A stretch of 32,000 nt of DNA from Acholeplasma laidlawii PG-8A (GTDB lineage: Bacteria; Bacillota_I; Bacilli_A; Acholeplasmatales; Acholeplasmataceae): the NCBI RefSeq assembly GCF_000018785.1, contig NC_010163.1, positions 270,001-302,000 of the forward strand, written 5' to 3'. Positions 18,293 to 27,954 of the stretch are shown piece by piece. The position numbers and the translations under genes are program-made. How positions within the stretch are numbered: position 1 is the stretch's first letter; every line of letters starts with the position of its first letter. The notes beneath the pieces were generated by a model that did not search any database, was not told the DNA's origin, and saw nothing but the letters and a program-made list of their open reading frames with translations.

Positions 18293-19236
18293 TGCAAGAT
18301 ACAGTACATTCAAACCAAGTTAATCCAAAAGGCAAAAAGAAGTTTGAAATGACCTATGAACGTCAAAAACTATTTTGGGCTGCGGTCTTCTTACTACCTT
18401 GGTTTATTGGTTTATTATTACTATTTATAGTGCCATTTTTTCAATCACTAAATTATAGTTTTTATAAATTAACTCCTCAAGTAGGATCTATACTCTTTGA
18501 GTATGTCGGTTTTGGTAACTATTTATTTGCATTCAATGAGCACGTAAGTACTTCAACATCTACAAGCTTTAGTGTCGAAATGATTAACACAATGTCTGAT
18601 GTAGCGTTTAATATTCCTGTTTTATTAATTTTCAGTTTATTTATGGCTGTATTATTAAACATGAAATTCAAAGGTCGTGCAATTGTTCGTGCAATCTTCT
18701 TCGTACCAGTTATTCTAAACTCAGTTGCAGTTGCTTCTGCTTTAGGTGGTGGCTCAATTATGACTGAAATCTTAGAACAACAAGGTATTGGTAAAATATT
18801 TGATTTACAATTTTTCCTAATTCAATCTGGTTTACCAGAAATCATGGTAAATTCAGTCGTTGGATTAATTGATCGTATTTACGACATTTTATCATTAAGT
18901 GGTGTGCCAATATTACTCTTTTTAGCAAGTATTCAATCGATTCCAGGTCATTTATATGAAGCGGCAAAAATTGAAGGTGCTACTGGATATGAAACATTTT
19001 GGCTAATTACTTTACCAAACGTGACCCCTCATATTTTAACGGTTGTGGTATATGCGCTCGTAGATACATTCTTAACATCTCCAGTATCTGGTATTATTCA
19101 ACATGAATTAAATACACAAAACTGGGGTTTGAGTTCAGCGATGGCATGGATATATGTACTATTTATATTAGGTACTCTCCTAGTTGTCTTTGTATTAGCT
19201 AAAATATTTAAGATAGGAGGTTCACATTATGAATAG
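18292..19236 (+). CDS. Carbohydrate ABC transporter permease (MalF-like), pair 2
   Basis: The EAA loop reads YEAAKIEGATGYETFWLITLPNVTP and the protein has multiple TM helices. It overlaps the next gene by 8 nt. Confidence 0.9.
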   Translation: MQDTVHSNQVNPKGKKKFEMTYERQKLFWAAVFLLPWFIGLLLLFIVPFFQSLNYSFYKLTPQVGSILFEYVGFGNYLFAFNEHVSTSTSTSFSVEMINTMSDVAFNIPVLLIFSLFMAVLLNMKFKGRAIVRAIFFVPVILNSVAVASALGGGSIMTEILEQQGIGKIFDLQFFLIQSGLPEIMVNSVVGLIDRIYDILSLSGVPILLFLASIQSIPGHLYEAAKIEGATGYETFWLITLPNVTPHILTVVVYALVDTFLTSPVSGIIQHELNTQNWGLSSAMAWIYVLFILGTLLVVFVLAKIFKIGGSHYE

Positions 19237-20227
19237 TAGAATTACTGCTAATTTGGGCTTAGGTCAACTTTCATTAGTTGAAGCAGCAAAAGAACGTGGT
19301 AAAAATATAAGACGCGTTCGTAAATTTCAAAGTATCCTCATATCTGTTTTAAGAGCACTATTACTAGGTGGATTATGTTTTATTATTCTATATCCTGTAA
19401 TCCAACAAGTATTACTTGGACTTAGAGCACCAATAGATGCCAATGACCCTTCTGTAGTGTGGGTTCCAAAAAACTGGAGTTTTCAAAACTTTAGACTGGC
19501 AATGCTCGTATTGGATTACTGGAATGCACTATTAAATACATTTAAATTAAGTGCCATCTCAATGGTTTTGCAAGTAGCATCTACCGCACTTGCAGGTTAT
19601 GCATTCTCAAGACTAAAATTTAAAGGTAGCGAAATATTATTTATCTTTGTTATCTTAACTATTGTTATTCCACCACAAGCACTATCGCTAGCTCAATATC
19701 TATATTTTAGAGATTTAGGATTGATTGGTAGCGAAAACGCAATTTACCTAATGAGTGGCTTGGGTCAAGGGATTAGAAGTGGTATTTTCATTTATATCTT
19801 TAGAAGTTTCTTTAAAGGATTACCAAAAGAACTAGAAGAAGCTGCACAAGTAGACGGTGCATCAGTATTTAGAATTTTCTGGAATGTTATGTTGCCAAAC
19901 GCACGTGGTGCAATTATTACAGTAGGATTATTTGCGTTTGTATGGCAATGGAATGATACTTATTATGCGAGTATCTTCAACATTTCAACCGAGGCATTCC
20001 CGATACTTACAATGCGTTTAGTTAATGCTGCTGAAAACGTATATGCTGCACTCTTCTATTCAGGTGCACTAAGCTTAATTGGGCAAGACGTATGGTCTAA
20101 CCCGATGTTCTTAGCAACCATTTCAAACGTTGCAGCCTTACTCATGATGTTACCATTATTGGTTATGTACTTATTTGTACAAAAACAATTCGTTGAATCG
20201 ATAGAAAGAACAGGTATTGTCGGCTAA
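19229..20227 (+). CDS. Carbohydrate ABC transporter permease (MalG-like), pair 2
   Basis: The EAA loop reads EEAAQVDGASVFRIFWNVMLPNARGA and the protein has multiple TM helices. Its stop overlaps the next start (TAATG). Confidence 0.9.
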   Translation: MNSRITANLGLGQLSLVEAAKERGKNIRRVRKFQSILISVLRALLLGGLCFIILYPVIQQVLLGLRAPIDANDPSVVWVPKNWSFQNFRLAMLVLDYWNALLNTFKLSAISMVLQVASTALAGYAFSRLKFKGSEILFIFVILTIVIPPQALSLAQYLYFRDLGLIGSENAIYLMSGLGQGIRSGIFIYIFRSFFKGLPKELEEAAQVDGASVFRIFWNVMLPNARGAIITVGLFAFVWQWNDTYYASIFNISTEAFPILTMRLVNAAENVYAALFYSGALSLIGQDVWSNPMFLATISNVAALLMMLPLLVMYLFVQKQFVESIERTGIVG

Positions 20228-20883
20228 TGAAAAAAGATAAAAAACAATATGATAAAACACTCTATCAAAAATTAAATATATTTGCAGATTGGGTTATTCG
20301 TTTGGTCGTGATCAATATCTTAATTATTGTTACTAGTTTACCTATTATTACCTTATATCCAGCATTACTTGCTGGATATAAGATGTTTCATAAATACTTA
20401 AATAAAGAAGAAGTGCCAATATTTAAATCATACTTCAAGTTCTTCACAGAAAATATTGCACAAAAATTAAAAATGGGTTTAATATTAGCAGCGGCTATAT
20501 TTGTTGGCGTGATCAATATCACAATCTACAATGACTTCTTAGAAGCAAATCCTTCACCATTTAACTTGGTTGGACAATATGTGATGGTTGTTATGGTATT
20601 AAGTGTCATCTTTGTTACGATGTATACTTTCCCATTAATGATTACATATCCAAACACCAATGTATGGTTAATGGTCAAATTTTCATTTTTCTTAAGTGGT
20701 AAATTTATTGTAAGAACAGGATTAGCAATTATTACACTATTTATCCCAATTGTATTACTAGTACATCCATTACTGACATTAATCTTAGTGTTTATTGGAA
20801 TGTCTACCATGGTATTACTATATGCACTTATCTTTAGCAAAGTTGTAACATATGTCGAAGGATTGGATGGAGAAAATGTTTAA
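20227..20883 (+). CDS. DUF624/YesL-like integral membrane protein
   Basis: The N-terminal pattern LNIFADWVIRLVVINILIIVTSLPIITLYPALLAGYKMF and a 5-6 helix membrane body are typical of YesL-family proteins encoded next to CUT1 sugar transporters. Confidence 0.7.
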   Translation: MKKDKKQYDKTLYQKLNIFADWVIRLVVINILIIVTSLPIITLYPALLAGYKMFHKYLNKEEVPIFKSYFKFFTENIAQKLKMGLILAAAIFVGVINITIYNDFLEANPSPFNLVGQYVMVVMVLSVIFVTMYTFPLMITYPNTNVWLMVKFSFFLSGKFIVRTGLAIITLFIPIVLLVHPLLTLILVFIGMSTMVLLYALIFSKVVTYVEGLDGENV

Positions 20884-22015
20884 ATTAGGTATAGATCGTA
20901 TTGATGAATTTCTACATTTATTTGAAAATAAACGTGTGGGTTTAATTACAAACCCAACAGGGGTTAACTCTAAATTAGAGTTAACAGCGGATATATTAAA
21001 TCGTAAAGTAAACTTAACGACACTCTTTGGTCCTGAACACGGTATACGTGGAGATGCAGAGGCTGGTGTTAAAGTAGAAAGTTATTTTGATAAAAAATTA
21101 AATATTGAAGTACACTCACTTTATGGACAAAATAGAAGACCGAATCAAGAAATGTTAAAAGATGTTGATGTATTAGTCTTTGATATGCAAGATGTAGGTG
21201 CTAGATTTTATACATACATCTACACGATGAGTCATGCGATGCAAGCTGCAAAGGAAAATAATATTCCATTTGTAGTGTTTGACAGACCTAACCCAGTAGG
21301 ACACAAGTTAGAAGGTAATATACTTGATTTAACTTATCGTTCTTTTGTTGGATATTATCCAATACTACAAAGATATGGTATGACTATTGGAGAACTAGCT
21401 TTATACTTTAATACCGAGCAAGGTATTGGCTGTGATTTAACAGTAGTACCAATGCAAGGCTATTCATATGATAAAGATTATACAGAATATGATATACCTT
21501 GGTTAGCACCAAGTCCAAATATTCCAACACTAGATAGTGCTCACATTTATTTAGCAACATGTGTATTTGAAGGTACTAATGTTAGTGAAGGTCGTGGCAC
21601 TACAAGGCCATTTAGTATGATTGGTGCACCGTTTATCGATGCAGATGATTTAGCCGCTAAAGTGGCTAAATTAAATACACCAGGTATCTTAGTTAGACCA
21701 GTTCATTTTATTCCGAACATGAGTAAACATGAAGGTGTAAATTGCTCTGGTATCGAAATATTTTTAAGAGATAAAAACGTATTTGAACCTGTTAAATTTG
21801 GTTATAAACTACTAGATATCATTCGTAAAGATTATAAAGAATTTGAATTTAGAGTGCCTTGGAGTGAAGGCGGTAAGCAAATGATTGATTTATTAACTGG
21901 TGATAATAAGTTAAAAACAAATGTTGATTTAGACCTCATTTTTGATGGGTTTAAACAGGATGAAAAAACTTTTGAGCAATCAATTAGGAGGTTTAAATTA
22001 TATGAAAAAATTTGA
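20876..22015 (+). CDS. namZ: DUF1343 family protein, NamZ/YbbC-like candidate exo-beta-N-acetylmuramidase (GH171); no signal peptide
   Basis: Family motifs are present: RVGLITNPTGV, LFGPEHGIRGD, DMQDVGARFYTYI, FVVFDRPNP and SEGRGTTRPF. The start is uncertain: the ORF track uses ATG 20852, while ATG 20876 (MFKLGIDRI...) fits the usual family N-terminus and cuts the overlap with the upstream gene to 8 nt. Confidence 0.8.
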   Translation: MFKLGIDRIDEFLHLFENKRVGLITNPTGVNSKLELTADILNRKVNLTTLFGPEHGIRGDAEAGVKVESYFDKKLNIEVHSLYGQNRRPNQEMLKDVDVLVFDMQDVGARFYTYIYTMSHAMQAAKENNIPFVVFDRPNPVGHKLEGNILDLTYRSFVGYYPILQRYGMTIGELALYFNTEQGIGCDLTVVPMQGYSYDKDYTEYDIPWLAPSPNIPTLDSAHIYLATCVFEGTNVSEGRGTTRPFSMIGAPFIDADDLAAKVAKLNTPGILVRPVHFIPNMSKHEGVNCSGIEIFLRDKNVFEPVKFGYKLLDIIRKDYKEFEFRVPWSEGGKQMIDLLTGDNKLKTNVDLDLIFDGFKQDEKTFEQSIRRFKLYEKI

Positions 22016-23573
22016 CATTAATAAATTAACAACCCAAGAAAAAATTGGACAATTAATCGTTGCAGGCTTCCATGGTACAACTGTTGGACCAGAAATTGAA
22101 AATTTAATTAGAGAATATAAAGTAGGTAACATCCTATTATTCTCAAGAAATATTGAGTCTGCAGCACAATTATTTAAATTAAATCAAGATTTACAAAAAA
22201 TCGCGATGGAAACATTTGGTATTCCTTTATATATTACTATCGATCAAGAAGGTGGTATGGTTACACGAATTTTTGAAGATGGTACATTCTTCCCTGGTGC
22301 AATGACAATTGCAGCAACAAACAATGTTGAGTACGCATATAAAATAGGTGACTTAATGGGTAAAGAATTAATCGATCTTGGTATCAATATGGATTTAGCA
22401 CCTGTACTTGATGTGAATAATAACCCTAAAAACCCAGTCATTGGTGTAAGAAGTTTTTCGGATGATCCAGATAAAGTAGCTTTATTTGGTAATGCAAACA
22501 TTAGAGGTTTACAAAACCACGTTGTTGCAACCGCTAAACACTTCCCAGGTCACGGTGATACACATGTGGACTCACACTTAGCATTACCAAAAGTTGAAAA
22601 ACCATTAAATGAATTAGAAAAATTTGAATTCAAACCATTTAAAGCGGCAATCAATGATGGACTACATGCAATTATGTCAGCACACATTAACTTTACACAT
22701 CTAACTGAAGATGGATTACCAGTGACATTATCTAAACGTGCATTAACAGGTTTACTACGTGAAGAAATGGGCTTTGAAGGTTTAATTATTACAGATGGTA
22801 TCGAAATGAAAGCTATCCATGATAATTATGGCACCATCGAAGCGACATTAAAAACAGTAAACGCTGGTGCAAACTTGGTATGTATCTGTCATGATTTACC
22901 TTACCAAATTGGTGCTTCTGATCGCTTTAATAAAGCATTAGAAACAGGTGAGTTAACTATGGATACACTAAATGAGCGTGTAGCACGTATCTTAACATAC
23001 AAAGAGAAATTAAATGTAGACTTAACACGTACTTATGAAGATGTTAAAGAAAATGTAGAATCTATAGAATCTAAGGCTTTTGCTAGACAAGTTGTAGAAG
23101 AAGCAGTGACCTTAATTAAGGGTGAAACTTTCAAACAACATGGTAAAACTTTAGTTATTTCTACAAACCCTCAAGCAACTTCGATTGCTGATGAAGATTC
23201 ACATAATTCTAAATTAGGACGTCGCATTAGAGAAGCATTTGCAAACTTTGAAGTGATTGAAACTAAAGTTAAACCAACTGAAGTTGAAATTGCTGACATC
23301 GTTTCAATAGCAAGCGCATTTGATCAAATCGTTTATACATCATATAACGGTAATGTCTATCAAACACAAATCCAATTAATTGATGCATTAAGCGCATTAA
23401 ATAAGGATTTACATGTCTTAGCACTTAGAAATCCATATGATTTATATTACACAAAAAATATTAAAAACTATGTTGCCTTTTATGAGTACACACCAAACTC
23501 AATCGAAGCAGTTGTTAAATACTTAAAAGGTCAATTAAAACCACAAGGAGTTTCACCGATACGTTATGAATAA
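22002..23573 (+). CDS. nagZ: GH3 beta-N-acetylhexosaminidase (NagZ-type); no signal peptide
   Basis: Motifs are KHFPGHGDTHVDSH, GVRSFSDDP and LIITDGIEMKAI. I chose ATG 22002 (MKKFDINKLT...) because a strong RBS, AGGAGG, lies 8 nt upstream. The ORF-track start at 21942 would add 20 aa inside the upstream gene. Confidence 0.88.
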   Translation: MKKFDINKLTTQEKIGQLIVAGFHGTTVGPEIENLIREYKVGNILLFSRNIESAAQLFKLNQDLQKIAMETFGIPLYITIDQEGGMVTRIFEDGTFFPGAMTIAATNNVEYAYKIGDLMGKELIDLGINMDLAPVLDVNNNPKNPVIGVRSFSDDPDKVALFGNANIRGLQNHVVATAKHFPGHGDTHVDSHLALPKVEKPLNELEKFEFKPFKAAINDGLHAIMSAHINFTHLTEDGLPVTLSKRALTGLLREEMGFEGLIITDGIEMKAIHDNYGTIEATLKTVNAGANLVCICHDLPYQIGASDRFNKALETGELTMDTLNERVARILTYKEKLNVDLTRTYEDVKENVESIESKAFARQVVEEAVTLIKGETFKQHGKTLVISTNPQATSIADEDSHNSKLGRRIREAFANFEVIETKVKPTEVEIADIVSIASAFDQIVYTSYNGNVYQTQIQLIDALSALNKDLHVLALRNPYDLYYTKNIKNYVAFYEYTPNSIEAVVKYLKGQLKPQGVSPIRYE

Positions 23574-24453
23574 AATCATTAGCATTGACGGTGGAGGCAC
23601 TAAAACCCTGGGTGTGTTATATAACACATCTGGCGATGAACTTAAACGTACAACTAAAGGATCAAGTAACTTTGCTGTAAGTGTTGATGATGCATATCAA
23701 TCACTTAAAGGCGTCATTGATGAACTAATATCAGAAGACGTAAAAAGCATTCAAATTGGTCTTTCAGGGTTTAGTATGATACCGAATCTAGATAACTTAA
23801 TCAAGTCATTAGAAGACTTATATCATACGCATGTGTATATCTACCCCGATGCATACTTAGGACTTTATTCAGCGTATGATCCTTTATTACCACTTATTTA
23901 TGTAGTAGGTGGCACTGGTAGTATAGTATATAGTTTAGTTGATAATGAATTTAATAGATATGGCGGATATGGTCACCTATTTGGTGACCCCGGCTCCGCT
24001 TATGGATTTGTAATGGATGTCTTTCTAGATTGTCTTAAAAAATTAGATAATCAAAAAAGATTAAATAAAGTACAAGCTGATTTATTAAAACATTTAAATC
24101 TAAGAACTAATCAAGAACTGATCGGTTATGCACATAAAGTTAAAAAGCAAGAAATTGCTGGACTAGCAAGATTTATTACAAGCTATACACATACATATGT
24201 TGATCAAAAGATCAAAAAACAAGCAATGATTATTGCTAAAAGTATTGAACAAGTTGCAAAGGCACAACGCATTCAAAATAATTTCCTACTTGCACTAAGA
24301 GGTGGATTCTTAGAATCAGCGCCAAACTTAAAAGAAGAAGTATTAAATTATTTAAACAAAAAAGAAATCAAGTATATATTAAATAGGGATATTAAAGAAG
24401 CGGTTTACGGCGGTTATATGCTCTCTAAGTTATCCAAAGGAAAGGAATTTTAA
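23566..24453 (+). CDS. BadF/BadG/BcrA/BcrD-type ATPase sugar kinase (MurK-like MurNAc/GlcNAc kinase candidate)
   Basis: Phosphate-1 motif ISIDGGGTKT, VVGGTGS, and GGYGHLFGDPGSAYG are present. An 8-nt overlap with nagZ and a 1-nt gap to murQ indicate coupling. Confidence 0.75.
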   Translation: MNKIISIDGGGTKTLGVLYNTSGDELKRTTKGSSNFAVSVDDAYQSLKGVIDELISEDVKSIQIGLSGFSMIPNLDNLIKSLEDLYHTHVYIYPDAYLGLYSAYDPLLPLIYVVGGTGSIVYSLVDNEFNRYGGYGHLFGDPGSAYGFVMDVFLDCLKKLDNQKRLNKVQADLLKHLNLRTNQELIGYAHKVKKQEIAGLARFITSYTHTYVDQKIKKQAMIIAKSIEQVAKAQRIQNNFLLALRGGFLESAPNLKEEVLNYLNKKEIKYILNRDIKEAVYGGYMLSKLSKGKEF

Positions 24454-24454
24454 A

Positions 24455-25369
24455 ATGGTAGATATTAAATCCATTACAACTGAACAACGCAATAAATTAA
24501 CTAAAAATTTAGATGTTAGTTCAACAACAGAAATACTAAAAATGTTTAATAATGAGGACAAAAATGTACCTTTAGCTGTAGAAAAAGTACTTGATAAGAT
24601 TGCTTTAACAGTAGATGAAGTTACTAAACGACTTGCAGAAGGCGGTAGACTATTTTACATTGGTGCAGGAACGTCCGGCAGATTAGGTGTTTTAGATGCC
24701 TCTGAATGTGTTCCAACCTTTGGTGTTTCTGAAAACTTGGTCATCGGTATTATTGCAGGTGGCGATAGAGCATTAAGAATCGCTGTTGAAGGCGCTGAAG
24801 ATGATGAAGTAGCAGGTGTTAATGACCTTAAAGCTTATAACTTTAATGAAAAAGACTTTGTTGTAGGTTTAACTGCAAGTGGTCGTACACCATATGTTAT
24901 GGCAGCTATGAAATATGCGCGTAGTATTGGTGCTAAGGCAGCAGGTATTACAACATCTCATAATGCACCATTATCTCAAGTAGTAGATTTTCCAATTGAG
25001 GCAGTAACAGGTGCTGAACCGTTAACAGGTTCTACACGTATGAAATCAGGAACTGCTCAAAAACTAATTTTAAATATGATATCCACAGCAACCATGGTAA
25101 AACTAGGTAAAGTCTATGAAAACTTAATGATCGATATTCAAATGAGTAACGATAAATTAGTTTCACGTGCAGTAGGTATTGTTGTAGAAGTTACAGGTGT
25201 TGATCATGATGTTGCAAAAGTTTACATTGATAAATTTAAATCTGTAAAACACGCAATATTCGCAATCATCTCAAAATTAGATAATATTGAAGAAATTAAC
25301 GAAGTATTAAATAAATACAATGGTAACATTAGAGAAGCATTGAAACATTCTATATCATTTGGAGGATAA
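24455..25369 (+). CDS. murQ: N-acetylmuramic acid 6-phosphate etherase
   Basis: The canonical SIS/MurQ signature GGRLFYIGAGTSGRLGVLDASECVPTFG is present, plus TGSTRMKSGTAQKLILNMIST. The length (304 aa) is typical. Confidence 0.93.
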   Translation: MVDIKSITTEQRNKLTKNLDVSSTTEILKMFNNEDKNVPLAVEKVLDKIALTVDEVTKRLAEGGRLFYIGAGTSGRLGVLDASECVPTFGVSENLVIGIIAGGDRALRIAVEGAEDDEVAGVNDLKAYNFNEKDFVVGLTASGRTPYVMAAMKYARSIGAKAAGITTSHNAPLSQVVDFPIEAVTGAEPLTGSTRMKSGTAQKLILNMISTATMVKLGKVYENLMIDIQMSNDKLVSRAVGIVVEVTGVDHDVAKVYIDKFKSVKHAIFAIISKLDNIEEINEVLNKYNGNIREALKHSISFGG

Positions 25370-25373
25370 ATTT

Positions 25374-25838
25374 ATGAAAGATATGTTGGTTCATTTATAT
25401 AATTTAGACTTTGCGGACAAAATGCCAAGCAAAGACGTTAGAATCGTACGCGTACTATCACCAAACAGTGATAAAGTTATCGCATTTGTAGAGGCTCACT
25501 TTTCAAAGGGTTGGGCAGCTGAAGTTAAAGCGGCTGTATACAGAAGTCAACCAACATGTTTTGTTGCATTACATGAAAACAAAATCGTAGGTTTTGCTGC
25601 TTATGATGCAACAGCTAAAGGCTACTTTGGTCCAATTGGTGTAGACCAAACCTTAAGAGGAAAAAATATAGGAAAGGCATTAATCTTACACACATTAGAA
25701 GCAATGTATCATGATGGCTATGGTTATGCTATTATTGGTGGCGCTGGTGATAACGTATTTGAGTTTTATAGAAAAACTGTTCAAGCTTATGACATTGAAA
25801 AACCAGGTAATGTGTACGATAGATTAATCAGAGGTTAA
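25374..25838 (+). CDS. GNAT family N-acetyltransferase
   Basis: The acetyl-CoA binding motif A reads [20 protein letters not shown] chose ATG 25374 because the RBS GGAGGA lies 7 nt upstream. The ORF-track start at 25359 overlaps the end of murQ. Confidence 0.8.
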   Translation: MKDMLVHLYNLDFADKMPSKDVRIVRVLSPNSDKVIAFVEAHFSKGWAAEVKAAVYRSQPTCFVALHENKIVGFAAYDATAKGYFGPIGVDQTLRGKNIGKALILHTLEAMYHDGYGYAIIGGAGDNVFEFYRKTVQAYDIEKPGNVYDRLIRG

Positions 25839-25842
25839 CGAA

Positions 25843-26565
25843 TTGAAAATAAACGTATTTGAGACAAAAGAAGAATTATATAGAGCAGTAGCTGATTTTT
25901 ATATTAAGGCAATCAATGAAAAACCAAATATGACATTAGGTTTAGCAACAGGTACAACACCGATTCCTTTATACCAAAATCTGATCAAAGCATATCAAGA
26001 TAAATTAGTATCATTCAAAGATATTACAACATTTAACTTAGATGAATATATTGGGTTACCTAAAACACATAAAGAATCATACTTTAGTTTTATGAGAAAT
26101 CAATTATTTAATCATGTAGATATTAATTTAGATAATACACATATTCCAAGTGGTGTATTAGAGCCTAGTGAAGCAATAAAAGAGTTTCAAACTGCTTTAG
26201 ATGCTCATCAGATAGACATCCAATTATTAGGCTTAGGATCTAACGGACATATCGGTTTTAATGAACCAGGTACATCATTTGAATCTACAACGCATAAAAC
26301 ACAACTTGCATTATCAACTATTCAAGATAACTCAAGAATGTTTGATTCTATTGATGAGGTTCCAACTGAATCAATTACAATGGGTATTAAAGATATTATG
26401 CGTGCATCTAAAATCGTTATGATAGCAACAGGTGCTCAAAAAGCTGATGCTGTTTACAAAATGATTCAAGGTCCAGTAGATGAAAGTCTACCAGCATCAA
26501 TTTTACAAAAACATGATGATGTAGTTATCTTCCTAGATAAAGACGCAGCATCGTTATTAAAATAG
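25843..26565 (+). CDS. nagB: Glucosamine-6-phosphate deaminase
   Basis: Motifs are [18 protein letters not shown] and [15 protein letters not shown]. The length (240 aa) is typical of the non-allosteric Bacillota type. It uses a TTG start. Confidence 0.92.
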
Positions 26566-26582
26566 AAAGCAGGTAAGAAATC

Positions 26583-27941
26583 ATGGCATTAAAAAATAAA
26601 TTAAAATTAGACCCAACATATGAACCAGCAATTATTTACTTTAATGAATTTAAAGAAGAAGTAAAGAAGTCAAATAACTTTGAACCACTAACTGTAGTTG
26701 TTGAACGTATGGATGGCTTTAACGAAAGTTATACAGCAAACATATTTAAAGATCCTAGCAAATTAGAAAAGAATATTTTCTTTGCTGATCGTTTAGTGAA
26801 AACACTACTTTGGTTATATGGTGGTTATAAAGTAACTATCGTTGGTAATAAAGATGTATATGAGTCTATTAAAAAGACTTATCTAGAAGGTGAGAGACTA
26901 TTTGATTCTAAGTTTATGAGCCGTATTTATGGAAAACCATTTGAAGTAGTTCACGCGGATGAAGTACCAAAACTGGTTAAAGGCGACAGCCCAATTGGAA
27001 AACACTTAAAAGGTAATAGAATTGGATTTGACGCTGGTGGATCGGATATGAAAGTTTCTGCAGTAGTTGATGGTGTTCCAGTATTTAGTACAGAAGTCGT
27101 ATGGTTTCCAAAATTAAATAGTGATCCAAACTACCACAAAGAAAACATTCGTAAAGTGATTCAACTAGCAGTTGAACAACTTCCGAGTGTTGATGCCCTT
27201 GGGGTATCAAGTGCTGGTGTATATATTCACAATGAAGCTAGAGTAGCAAGTTTATTTATAGAAGTACCTGATGAATTATTTGATGAACATATTACAAACA
27301 TCTATAAAGATATTGCTAAAGAATTAAATGTACCTTTAGAAGTCGCAAACGATGGTGATGTGACAGCCTTAGCAGGATCTATGAGTTTAGGTAAAAACAA
27401 ACTATTAGGTATTGCTATGGGTACAAGTGAAGCAGTTGGTTATATTAATGCAGAAGGTAACGTTACAGGTTGGTTAAATGAATTAGCCTTTGTACCAGTA
27501 GACTTCCAAAAAAATGGTCCAATTGATGAGTGGAGTTTAGACATGGGCACTGGTAATAAGTACTTTAGTCAAGACGCAGTCATTCGCTTAGCTGAAACTT
27601 CAGGGATTACATTCCCAGAAGATATGCCATTAGCTGAACGTCTAAAAGTTGTTCAAAATTTAGATGAAAACAGTGAAACATATCAAGAAATATATAAGAC
27701 AATTGGTACATACTTAGGTTATACACTAGCATATTATGAAGAATTTTATGATATTGAAGAAGTCTTATTATTAGGTCGTGTTACATCTGGTCTAGGTGGT
27801 CAAATCATCGTAGATGTAGCAACAAAAACATTAAAAGAAAACTTTGAACATTTAAGTAAAAAGATTAATATCTCACTTCCAGATGAAAAAGCACGTCGTG
27901 TTGGACAATCTGTGGCAGCTGCAAGCTTAGTGAAACTATAA
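26583..27941 (+). CDS. Atypical ASKHA/ROK-like sugar kinase with a ~140-aa N-terminal extension and no ROK zinc motif
   Basis: The phosphate-1-like motif RIGFDAGGSDMKVSAV appears only at about aa 146. VANDGDVTALAGS and GIAMGTSEAVGYI resemble ROK/glucokinase motifs. The CxCGxxGC zinc cluster is absent and I see no helix-turn-helix in the extension. Confidence 0.6.
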   Translation: MALKNKLKLDPTYEPAIIYFNEFKEEVKKSNNFEPLTVVVERMDGFNESYTANIFKDPSKLEKNIFFADRLVKTLLWLYGGYKVTIVGNKDVYESIKKTYLEGERLFDSKFMSRIYGKPFEVVHADEVPKLVKGDSPIGKHLKGNRIGFDAGGSDMKVSAVVDGVPVFSTEVVWFPKLNSDPNYHKENIRKVIQLAVEQLPSVDALGVSSAGVYIHNEARVASLFIEVPDELFDEHITNIYKDIAKELNVPLEVANDGDVTALAGSMSLGKNKLLGIAMGTSEAVGYINAEGNVTGWLNELAFVPVDFQKNGPIDEWSLDMGTGNKYFSQDAVIRLAETSGITFPEDMPLAERLKVVQNLDENSETYQEIYKTIGTYLGYTLAYYEEFYDIEEVLLLGRVTSGLGGQIIVDVATKTLKENFEHLSKKINISLPDEKARRVGQSVAAASLVKL

Positions 27942-27954
27942 GAAGGTAAAAAAA

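Noticed and set aside
20526-20840. 104-aa - strand ORF opposite the DUF624 gene
   Set aside because: It lies fully within a membrane-protein gene that is translationally coupled on both sides, and I found no signals for it.
20852-22001. Longer ORF-track starts: 20852 for the DUF1343 gene, 21942 for nagZ and 25359 for the GNAT gene
   Set aside because: The extensions lie inside the preceding genes and lack SD sequences. Internal ATGs at 22002 and 25374 have strong AGGAGG/GGAGGA sites and give family-typical N-termini. The choice of 20876 remains only a preference.
22244-22501. 85-aa - strand ORF inside nagZ, and the 80-aa one at 28019-28261 inside the PIG-L gene
   Set aside because: Both are antisense to genes with canonical catalytic motifs, so I treat them as shadow ORFs.
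26583-27941. ROK-like protein, considered as the missing transcriptional regulator (NagC/Mlc type)
   Set aside because: The 140-aa N-terminal extension shows no winged-helix or HTH pattern, and the ROK zinc motif is absent. A kinase-like enzyme is more likely, though this is unproven.
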